Part shown: piece after piece, positions 54,591 through 63,057 of the stretch | Numbering within the stretch: position 1 is the stretch's first letter | How the letters are laid out: every line of letters starts with the position of its first letter | Source of the DNA: a virus | Direction: 5' to 3' (one strand) | Length of the DNA: 64,000 bases | IMG/VR virus record: IMGVR_UViG_3300045988_116799 | Span: 1-64,000 of that record | Program-made: the position numbers and the translations under genes | The notes under the pieces: generated by a model | The model's database searches: none | Seen by the model: only the letters and a program-made list of their open reading frames with translations | What the model was told of the DNA's origin: nothing

Positions 54591-55352
54591 CTATGTATGG
54601 TGCAAAGACTTGACAGAATTTACTATTGGATTATAGTCAATTGTGATATTTTGTCCATCTTGAGACAATAAGCCTTTAAATGTTTCTCTTTGCCCGTTTT
54701 TGTCGTAAGTAAACGTTATCTGGTTGTTTGATATTTGATAGTCTGCCGCGATTGTGTATTCCTTCATATCTTCATCAAAAGCCTGTTTGTCTGTATAGGC
54801 ATAATCGGTTTCATACACAACGCTTCCTTTGCCATTGAGAGGAATGAAAAGTGTCCCATCAGCTCGATATACTCCATAGCTATTGACGGAAATAGATTCG
54901 TAGTAGTTACTATATCCAATTCTCACAACGTATGAACCTTCTGTAAACTTGTAAAGTTTCTCTGTTTTTGTGAGTTTTGCTTTTACTCTCGAACGAGACA
55001 CTTTTACATGGAAAAGACATCTGTCAGAACTAAATGACGCAGTCATAACAGAATCGCAGCCGTGTTTTTCTATTTCACATAAATCCCAGAACCAATCTTG
55101 TGCGTTTGTGTTTGATTCTTTAGCATACTCCAATCCTTGTAGTTCTCCTATTTTTGTCAGTATAATGGAGTTTTCTTCAACTTTATCGACCGCAACGTTA
55201 TCGGCATTATGAAAATTGTATTTTACAGGTTTCCAATTGGTGTTTTCTAATTTTTTATTCTCTGTATTTGAATCATTGTCGTTGCAGCAAGAAGTGCTTA
55301 ACATCGCTAAGAAGGCAAATACTAATGTGGTAATACTTGTTTTTGTTTTCAT
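54591..55352 (-). CDS. lipoprotein
   Basis: MKTKTSITTLVFAFLAMLSTSCCNDND: a signal peptide with a lipobox Cys. Confidence 0.7.
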   Translation of the reverse strand: MKTKTSITTLVFAFLAMLSTSCCNDNDSNTENKKLENTNWKPVKYNFHNADNVAVDKVEENSIILTKIGELQGLEYAKESNTNAQDWFWDLCEIEKHGCDSVMTASFSSDRCLFHVKVSRSRVKAKLTKTEKLYKFTEGSYVVRIGYSNYYESISVNSYGVYRADGTLFIPLNGKGSVVYETDYAYTDKQAFDEDMKEYTIAADYQISNNQITFTYDKNGQRETFKGLLSQDGQNITIDYNPIVNSVKSLHHT

Positions 55353-55357
55353 TTTTA

Positions 55358-55588
55358 TTATGCTAATTTAAAAATAGTACTATATCTGTTTATAATATGT
55401 TTGGCTCTTATTTCATCCCCGTGACATACACACATTGCCGCCAGCCGTAAATATTCACGCCGTCGTAAACTTCCAAGCCACAGCAATCGTTCGTAACATT
55501 GTATAGCTCGGCTTATCACCCCTAACTCCATGTATTGCTTTATAAGCTCACGGATTTCTTTAGTTGACATATTGTATATCTGTTTCAT
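55358..55588 (-). CDS. small helical protein
   Basis: ORF track; 5-nt gap to the lipoprotein gene. Confidence 0.5.
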   Translation of the reverse strand: MKQIYNMSTKEIRELIKQYMELGVISRAIQCYERLLWLGSLRRREYLRLAAMCVCHGDEIRAKHIINRYSTIFKLA

Positions 55589-55607
55589 AAACCTTGGGTT
55601 TTGATTG

Positions 55608-55615
55608 CAAAGATA
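55608..55615 (-). promoter_or_regulatory. -7 box TATCTTTG
   Basis: 20 nt upstream of the start at 55588. Confidence 0.4.
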
Positions 55616-55717
55616 GTCTTTTCCCCTGTTTTAACGCTATATTTTTATATATTTATTTATAGTATTTAGCCAAACGATTAAATAATACTAAATACTAATA
55701 GAAAGTTAATAGTTAAC

Positions 55718-55748
55718 TTTGCTGTTTGAAGATTTATTATTAACTTTG
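55718..55748 (+). promoter_or_regulatory. TTTG-N19-TAACTTTG promoter
   Basis: Consensus spacing; a duplicate of the 48.4 kb cassette. Confidence 0.55.
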
Positions 55749-55794
55749 CGGTGTTAAAACTAATAAATAATTAACAAATACAGGAGATACAACA

Positions 55795-56178
55795 ATGACA
55801 AAACAAGAAGAAATTAAAGTATTGCAATCACTTAAAGGTGATACTTATTTTGCACAGAAATTTGGTGCTGACATTGACACAATGTGCGAGAATATAAAGA
55901 ATGATTTTGCAATTGAATGCGGTTGTACATTCAACAAAGAAACTGAGGTTTTGCGCAAAGAAATAGAAAGCGTTAAAACGGTAGCGAAAGATATGATTAC
56001 AATTTTTGCGCACAACATAATCGTTGCTCTTGACAAAGGCAATGATACGGATGCTATGGCTTACCAAGCTGTGGAAGAAGTAATCGGAATAAAAGAGATA
56101 ATCAAATTCAAACATTCTCAGAATATTGAATTATCGGACAGCGAAATTAAGTATCTGGTAGAAAGTTTGGACAAATGA
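55795..56178 (+). CDS. hypothetical protein
   Basis: ORF track; conserved CAGGAGATACAACAATG start context. Confidence 0.6.
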   Translation: MTKQEEIKVLQSLKGDTYFAQKFGADIDTMCENIKNDFAIECGCTFNKETEVLRKEIESVKTVAKDMITIFAHNIIVALDKGNDTDAMAYQAVEEVIGIKEIIKFKHSQNIELSDSEIKYLVESLDK

Positions 56179-56402
56179 TAAAAATTAACGGTATCACCTA
56201 CGAGGTAGGTTTGTCAATGGAAGTGGCAGGAACGATGTGGTTCTTTCGTAAGAAAGTAGAATGGCGAGAGACCACACGCCACTTTTGGACAAAGCAGGCT
56301 CTTGAGAAATACCTCCGCACCCTGCCGAACAGGCTTATCAAGCGTGAGGTTCTTGCAATGTTAAGGCAGACGCACGGCAGGGCAGCAGCCATAAGGCGAT
56401 AA
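56175..56402 (+). CDS. hypothetical protein
   Basis: ORF track; ATGA overlap. Confidence 0.5.
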   Translation: MIKINGITYEVGLSMEVAGTMWFFRKKVEWRETTRHFWTKQALEKYLRTLPNRLIKREVLAMLRQTHGRAAAIRR

Positions 56403-56456
56403 TACGTTGGGTGAAACGTAAAGCGCAACTTTTATTAATAAAAAACAAAGAATAAT

Positions 56457-56738
56457 ATGATAGAAATTCCAAAATCAAACGCAATAGAAGAACAAGAGAA
56501 TGAACTTGCACAGTGGGTTCTTGACAATCTTAAAGACAGAAAGGAAGTACAGATACTTCAGCGAACCGAAGGCTGCTGTGCTGGCAACTGGGTCGGGAGT
56601 CTGCCAAATGAAAAATGGCACGTGTCTTCGTTTGAAGCGGTAAATAATGTTGTACGAGCGTTTCGCCGACAAGGATATGCCGTCACAGAGCATTGCTCGG
56701 CTCGTTACCCAACTGCGTATATAAACTTTAGAAAGTAA
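56457..56738 (+). CDS. hypothetical protein
   Basis: ORF track. Confidence 0.55.
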   Translation: MIEIPKSNAIEEQENELAQWVLDNLKDRKEVQILQRTEGCCAGNWVGSLPNEKWHVSSFEAVNNVVRAFRRQGYAVTEHCSARYPTAYINFRK

Positions 56739-56750
56739 AAACTGTGTATT

Positions 56751-58178
56751 ATGAACTTATTTTCAAACAATCCCGATTTTTACCCTACACCAAATGAGGT
56801 TATAGAGCAAATGATGTTAGGGGAAGATTATGTAGGCAAGACCGTATTAGAGCCTTCTGCTGGTAGCGGCAATATTGTCAAATGGCTAAAACTAAATGGC
56901 AGTTGTAATGTCGTTGCTTGTGAGAATGACCTTACTCTACGAAATTTGCTCGGCAACGTTTGCCCTCTTATTGGCGATGATTTTCTCAAGCTAACAGCTG
57001 AACAAGTTAGCTATGTTGACCTTATAGTAATGAATCCGCCATTCAGCCATGGGGCGGAGCATATTATGCACGCTTGGGAGATAGCTCCGTCCGGATGCAC
57101 AATAATTGCCTTGTGTAACAGCACAAATGTCAATGCTACTTGTTATAGAGAGTACCGTAAATTGCAAGAGGTAGTCGAGCTGTATGGCAGTTCCTAATTT
57201 TTGGGAGACGTATTCAGCACGTCTGAGCGTAAAACAAATGTAAATGTGTCGCTTGTGAAGCTCTATAAACAAGCAGATGGTGAAGATGAATTTTCAGGTT
57301 ACTTTTTCTCGCAAGAGGATGAAGATGCCGTCAACCAGAACACCAAAGAAGGTCTGATGCCATATAATGTTGTGCGTGACTTGGTTAATCGCTATATTTC
57401 TGCTGTTAAACTTTTTGATAGCGTAATGGAAGTGTCAAATCAGATTAATGAAATAGCAAAGGTAGAAAAATTCAGCTTGCCTATATATTTCACTGCCGTC
57501 AACGCAGAAGACCGTTCTACAACAATCACAAGAGCGCAGTACAAAAAAGAGTTGCAAAAATACTACTGGAGGGTTATTTTCAGAAAGTTAAACATGGAGA
57601 AGTTTGCAACTTCTAAATTGCATCAACAGATTAACCGTTTTGTTGAGAAACAAAGTAATGTCCCGTTCACTATGAAGAACGTGTATAGCGTGCTTAATAT
57701 GGTCATACAGACTACTGGGCAGCGTATGAGAACAGCTTTATCTGAAGCATTCGACCTTATATGTTCCTTGTCGGCAGAAAACAGCACAGCTGGTGAGACA
57801 TGGAAGACAAATGCGAACTACATGGTTAACAGAAAATTCATCGTGTCTTGGATTACTGAATACGACACACGCTGGCCGAATCCTTTTGTTAGGCTAAAAA
57901 TAGGAGGTAATAAAGACAGAATTGAAGATGTGTGCAAAGCATTATGTTTTCTAACCGGTACAGATTACAACAACATGGAAAGCCTAAGCTCCTTTGTGGG
58001 AGAAAATCAATTAGCATGGGGAGGTTGGTTTGATTGGGGATTTTTCCGTTGTAGAGCGTACAAAAAGGGAATTATGCACTTTGAGTTTAAAGACGAAAAA
58101 GTGTGGATGATGTTCAACCAAGAAGTAGCCAAAGAACGAGGCTGGAGCTTACCTAAAAAAACAAACAAAAACAAATAA
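56751..58178 (+). pseudogene. N6-adenine-type DNA methyltransferase reading frame with one in-frame TAA (57195..57197)
   Basis: LEPSAGSG (motif I) and NPPF (motif IV) lie in 56751..57197. The ORF 57201..58178 is in the same frame, separated only by TAA and one codon. Confidence 0.6.
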
Positions 58179-58179
58179 T

Positions 58180-58578
58180 ATGGAACAAAATAAAATATTG
58201 ACTCACGTCTATATTGTAGAGGTTGAGTCGAAAGAGCAAGACAAAGACAATAGTAATGATGTTTGTGACATCCATTCAGGTGTTCTCCGTGTCTTTGCAA
58301 ATAAAGAGGATGCGTCAGCTTACATGCGAGAATACTATGATAAATGTGAGTTGACAAGTAAGAGTATCGAAACCTTTGAGAGCGGCAACGGCGGCTTTTC
58401 AATTAAAGTAGATACCAGAAGTGAAAACATTCCTGGTTCTGTGTCTATGAGTGGTGAGAAGTTAGAAAACAGAATATGTAAAATGAAAGTCAGTTGTTAT
58501 GCAACGGAAATAACAACCAGCTTTGACAAGGAAAGAATTTCTTTTGATAATGATTACTACGATGAATTTTTTGGATAA
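58180..58578 (+). CDS. hypothetical protein
   Basis: ORF track. Confidence 0.55.
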   Translation: MEQNKILTHVYIVEVESKEQDKDNSNDVCDIHSGVLRVFANKEDASAYMREYYDKCELTSKSIETFESGNGGFSIKVDTRSENIPGSVSMSGEKLENRICKMKVSCYATEITTSFDKERISFDNDYYDEFFG

Positions 58579-58581
58579 GAC

Positions 58582-58851
58582 ATGAGCGTATACACAGAAG
58601 CGATGTTGGCAAGTTTGTTTAATGTTACAACAACTTCGCCTTATGAATGCGATTTAGAGAACCCCGTGCCTGTCAAAGGCAGGAAGTCGTACCGCAACGC
58701 AATGGCGGTATCAATACGCGTTTCAGAAAATAAAGCGTTTGGGTATGCTGTGTCGATTATGCTTTTCGTGGACGAACACTATCGTAAAATACAATGGAGA
58801 GTACTCTCAGACGAAGAGAAGAAAAACATACAAGATGCGTTGGGTATATGA
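58582..58851 (+). CDS. hypothetical protein
   Basis: ORF track. Confidence 0.55.
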   Translation: MSVYTEAMLASLFNVTTTSPYECDLENPVPVKGRKSYRNAMAVSIRVSENKAFGYAVSIMLFVDEHYRKIQWRVLSDEEKKNIQDALGI

Positions 58852-58860
58852 ACAGAAAAA

Positions 58861-58893
58861 ACCGCTGCCTGTGGAGATACGGATGGCAGCGGT
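58861..58893. terminator. stem-loop
   Basis: accgctgcc / ggcagcggt, 9-bp stem with 15-nt loop, with an A5 run on the left. Confidence 0.4.
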
Positions 58894-59017
58894 CAATTTG
58901 GAGTTTAACGTAATATCTCGTTAGAGATACAACAATGTGGTACAAAGGTAGCTTTTTTATTTGGTCAGACAAAACATAAAATGTAAATTTGCATATTATT
59001 AACTAAAACAAATAAGC

Positions 59018-59302
59018 ATGACAGCGGAAGACATCTTGAAATATTGTCATTTCTATAAAGGTGAGGTGCTAATGCCTGATTCTTTAGAAGAAACAAATGA
59101 AGGTCAGCTATGGCTGGCTGAAAAAACAGTATGCGAGGAATTCGTAAATGACATTCATGTTGACACAGCACAAAAAGACGTTGCTTCTATTGTTGCTGCC
59201 TATGTTGGGAAATGGAATCCTTATGAATTGTCGGATGTTATGAACACGTACCTTACAAAGGTTCCAGAGGTTGAAACCTTCATAAGGCAAGTGTATTTAT
59301 AG
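59018..59302 (+). CDS. hypothetical protein
   Basis: ORF track; its 3' end overlaps the stop region of the convergent MuF gene by 6 nt. Confidence 0.55.
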   Translation: MTAEDILKYCHFYKGEVLMPDSLEETNEGQLWLAEKTVCEEFVNDIHVDTAQKDVASIVAAYVGKWNPYELSDVMNTYLTKVPEVETFIRQVYL

Positions 59303-62300
59303 TTCAAATAAGGCGTTTCCTTTGATATAATAAATGGATGCGCCTTTCTTTTTAAATTCCTTGGCAATCTTTAAAATTTTATCGTGAGAACCATCTAAAA
59401 TATCGTATGGATAAGTTATGGATTCAATACAATCAATTGTAAGCTGCCCGTGGTATTGTAGTTCTAGATACGAAGATATATGTTCTTTTTTAAATTCTAC
59501 GAGGTTTGTTGTTTGTATGTCTATTGATGTTGGTGTATTATAAAAATCATCAAACGAGCACGCTTTGGGGTCGCTAACGAGAGACGGCTGATATCTAACC
59601 CCTAAAGAATCTCCTGCCGTCCACGTTGCGACAACTTTGTCTTTCTTAAAACGGACTTCCACGTTACCATAACTTCTTGCTGTGTTGTTTTGCATTGAGC
59701 GCAGTATATTGTGGTCAAGAAGGTTTCCGTATTTCTCATATTCTTTTCTGTCTAATTGCTGAACTGCAAGGTCTTTTCGCGGAAGGCCAAACATCTTATG
59801 GGCGGCACTTAAACGTGAATGTGTAGGACTAATTTTTCCTGTTGTGGACGTAGAACCTAAATAACCTCCGGATGAGCCAGTCTCGAAAGTGTTCATAAAT
59901 TTTGAATTTAAGACCTTTTCGAGTATGGAATCTTTTATATTCATTCCTAAATCATGCTCACTGAACACTTTTTGCATCAGTAATTCTATCTCATTCTTAT
60001 GCGTTTTTGCTGTGACACCATAATAACGGCTGTTCTTCTCGTATTCGCTTATTGCATCTTCAAGATATTCAAGAGTCTTTGGAAATTTCGTACCAAGGCG
60101 TTTTTTCAAGTCTTCTATTGTTTCGTGATTAACTGCTGTTTCTTTTAATAGCTTTGGCGATTTCAATTTGTTTTTTAATAGTTGCTGATATTTTCTATTA
60201 ATCTCCTGCGCTTTGCTTTTTGCCAAATCCAAGTCAACATTTCTCCGTGTCAGTATATGATTTATCTCTGATGCCAGTTCTTTGATTTTTCTACTTTTTG
60301 ATAGAGTAGCATATGCGAGTGCATCGCTGACACTGTCGGCAACGGCTTTAATGTCAATCTTTCTCTCTACTATACGTAATTCTTTCTTATACGCATCTTG
60401 AGCAACTTTCCATGTATCGTATTTTTTATGTTCTTCAACCCATTTAATCTCAGATTCCAGAAAGCGTTTCCTTGGAAGTAATTCAACGCTTTCTCTTGCC
60501 AGTCTTGCTTCAATAGCTTTGTTAATTGCAATAGCTTCTGACATTGAGTAATTGCGAGCGACAAGGATAGGATTTTCAAGGCGTGACAGAGATAAAATCT
60601 TTTTCCCTTGTTCTTTCAATGCTTTGGCTTCTTCATAAATATTTACATAATCTCTTGCTTCAAGAGCTGTCTTTAATGCCGATGTGTCCACATCTTTAAT
60701 GCCATTCATATAGCGTAAGACGCTTTCGCCATAATGAACGTAAGCTCTTTCTGTTGCAAGTCGTCTTTGTCGTTGTTCGGCTCTTCTTTTGATTGATTCT
60801 GCGTCTCGCTTTGCGTGTCGTGCCTTAGCAATCTCTTGTATGGCATCACGGCGTGACATTGCGTCAGCACCCATTTGTTTGCGCTGTGTTGCATCCAAAA
60901 ACTTCACCCAATAACTTTTATTGTTTGCCAAGTGCCACGCCAACTTGTCCCGTTTATAAGCGTCCACGATTTTGTTTGCATTATCCTCAATGTACCGTTT
61001 ATATTGGTCGGGCATATCTTTAATACGGTTAGGAGATACGTAATTGGACATATCTTCTCCGTTGAACAGCCGTTTGTAGAATTGCTTGCGTTCTTCGCCA
61101 CTTATCATTATAGGGTCACTGGTACACATGCAGTTTGAGCCCCAAAAGCATTTGCCGTCTTTCTGTATATACATGATGTGATTGTTCTCAAGTGTAACGT
61201 CGTACACAAAGCCGATGTATTCAACTTTCTCCTTGTTAAATACAGTGGCGGTTGCTGAATCGCATTCACTTATTCTGTAACAGTCATATCGCTGCTTTAT
61301 AACTGTACCATCTTTTTTGACAGTATTTTTAGGTGACATTATTCTATATGACGGTCGATGTCCTACTTTTAACAATAGCAAACCTATTTCAGCTGCCATT
61401 TGAGGAGAAGATGTAAAATACATTCTTTCTCCATGATTTGGAGTACATACATGACCTCTGTTGCCCATAAAAGGACGTGGCTTCTTGATATGTCCGTCGC
61501 ACACAATAAAAGCATCAAGAAATATTTGGATTTGTCTCTTTGATGCATTTAAAATTTCTTGTGGTATATATTTATAATGTGCAGTTCCGTATTTTAAAAG
61601 CTCTTGACCAAAAGCACGGTGATATAAAACAATGGTGCTTTTATAAACGTGTGGCGTAAAACCCATCTTCTTGATACAAGTTTGCATACGTTTCCAAGCA
61701 GGCTGTCCTTTTTCTTGCGACAAAACAATACCGTAGTCATGTTGCATACTACCGTCTGCAAGGTAATACCCCATAAATTCACAATACACATCAAAAGGTA
61801 TATTTTTGTCGCCAAACATAATGTTCGTGCGGTCTTTGGCGGTATTGACAGCGGAACGATAGAAAGCCCCCATACTTGGCTTGTATTCCGTAGCGTTGCA
61901 TTTTTTTATTTCGTGAGCACCGCTTTTGCTGATATACACCATTTGATGTTCTGGAGTAACAAGACATTCCAATGAACGGTTAAAAAAGTGTATAAGTTCT
62001 CCATTGTAAGGGTATTTTTGTACTCCTACAATATTTGTTTCTTCTATTTCACGTGTCTGTGGATTTAAAGAATATACAACATCCTGAGTCGTAACATCTT
62101 TAAATTCTTTCCATCCTTTTGTAGTCAGAACCTGAGTACCTTCGGCATAACATTGAGGGTGCCAGCCATTCCACACAAAGCCTTTAGGATAGTACCCTTC
62201 AAGCTCGTCGCAAATGTCAGCATCTTCGTCTGGGTCGTGCTGTGGAGATACGTGTATATGCTGCCCTATGACGAAAGGCTCGTTTGCCCAACGCTCGTTC

Positions 62301-63055
62301 CTTGCTGTGTGGTATGCTGCATTGATTTCGGTACGAGCCACACGTAAAGCATTCTTTCTTGCGGAGCGATATACGCCCAGCCCTACATGTTCGAGCGGTT
62401 CTTCTACAAAGCGTACACGTCCGTCAATAATGCGCTTCCTGCGCCAAGTGACAATATCTTTCTTCTGTCCGTTCTTTAACACTTTTACTGTGTGGTAACG
62501 ACGATACATCATATCCGGGTTATTCAAATATTGTCGTATTCTTCTACCCACTTCCTCTGCGGATTCACCCTTTCCCAGTCCGTCGGCTATCACGTTAGAC
62601 ATCGCCATCTCGAACTCTGCTTTTGTTTGCTGACAGTAGTTCCATACGGACCGCGCGAGGTTCAAGCCTATCTTAGAATTGAGTCTATTGGCTATGAACG
62701 TCGCAGCAGCCGTTTTTCTTGCGGTTTCTAATGCTTTGTCTGTTAGCACAGAGAATTGCCCTATTGTATCATTGTCGTGCGCATACGCAAGAGAAACGCC
62801 GCTTGTTATGCCGCTTTTGTAGCATAACATGCTATTTTGGAAATAGTCGTTAAATATGTCTTCAAGTCGAGCTTTAAGCAAAGGAAAATTGTCAAAATTG
62901 AAAAGAGCGTCATTTTCGAGCACGTCTTCGCTATAGCCAAGAGCGAGCAGCTTCCTGACATAACTTCCGTACAACATGCCAAGTCGGCGGTTGTATTCGG
63001 CGAATAGCCTGTTTAAATCTTCCTTTCGCTTTTTAGCTGTAAGTTTTTCTGCCAT
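59297..63055 (-). CDS. MuF/SPP1 gp7-family head morphogenesis protein with an intein and a long C-terminal extension
   Basis: Directly downstream of the portal gene. The residue 1-301 region ends in WHPQ and resumes CMCT after the intein, restoring the family HPxCxC motif. About 600 further residues follow. Confidence 0.8.
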   Translation of the reverse strand: MAEKLTAKKRKEDLNRLFAEYNRRLGMLYGSYVRKLLALGYSEDVLENDALFNFDNFPLLKARLEDIFNDYFQNSMLCYKSGITSGVSLAYAHDNDTIGQFSVLTDKALETARKTAAATFIANRLNSKIGLNLARSVWNYCQQTKAEFEMAMSNVIADGLGKGESAEEVGRRIRQYLNNPDMMYRRYHTVKVLKNGQKKDIVTWRRKRIIDGRVRFVEEPLEHVGLGVYRSARKNALRVARTEINAAYHTARNERWANEPFVIGQHIHVSPQHDPDEDADICDELEGYYPKGFVWNGWHPQCYAEGTQVLTTKGWKEFKDVTTQDVVYSLNPQTREIEETNIVGVQKYPYNGELIHFFNRSLECLVTPEHQMVYISKSGAHEIKKCNATEYKPSMGAFYRSAVNTAKDRTNIMFGDKNIPFDVYCEFMGYYLADGSMQHDYGIVLSQEKGQPAWKRMQTCIKKMGFTPHVYKSTIVLYHRAFGQELLKYGTAHYKYIPQEILNASKRQIQIFLDAFIVCDGHIKKPRPFMGNRGHVCTPNHGERMYFTSSPQMAAEIGLLLLKVGHRPSYRIMSPKNTVKKDGTVIKQRYDCYRISECDSATATVFNKEKVEYIGFVYDVTLENNHIMYIQKDGKCFWGSNCMCTSDPIMISGEERKQFYKRLFNGEDMSNYVSPNRIKDMPDQYKRYIEDNANKIVDAYKRDKLAWHLANNKSYWVKFLDATQRKQMGADAMSRRDAIQEIAKARHAKRDAESIKRRAEQRQRRLATERAYVHYGESVLRYMNGIKDVDTSALKTALEARDYVNIYEEAKALKEQGKKILSLSRLENPILVARNYSMSEAIAINKAIEARLARESVELLPRKRFLESEIKWVEEHKKYDTWKVAQDAYKKELRIVERKIDIKAVADSVSDALAYATLSKSRKIKELASEINHILTRRNVDLDLAKSKAQEINRKYQQLLKNKLKSPKLLKETAVNHETIEDLKKRLGTKFPKTLEYLEDAISEYEKNSRYYGVTAKTHKNEIELLMQKVFSEHDLGMNIKDSILEKVLNSKFMNTFETGSSGGYLGSTSTTGKISPTHSRLSAAHKMFGLPRKDLAVQQLDRKEYEKYGNLLDHNILRSMQNNTARSYGNVEVRFKKDKVVATWTAGDSLGVRYQPSLVSDPKACSFDDFYNTPTSIDIQTTNLVEFKKEHISSYLELQYHGQLTIDCIESITYPYDILDGSHDKILKIAKEFKKKGASIYYIKGNALFEL
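61133..62152 (-). mobile_element. 340-aa intein with a LAGLIDADG homing endonuclease
   Basis: Block A CYAEGTQVLT, block B LVTPEHQ (TxxH), LAGLIDADG motifs GYYLADGS and LDAFIVCDGH, C-terminal VYDVTLENNHIMYI...FWGSN followed by a +1 Cys. Confidence 0.8.
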
Positions 63056-63057
63056 AC

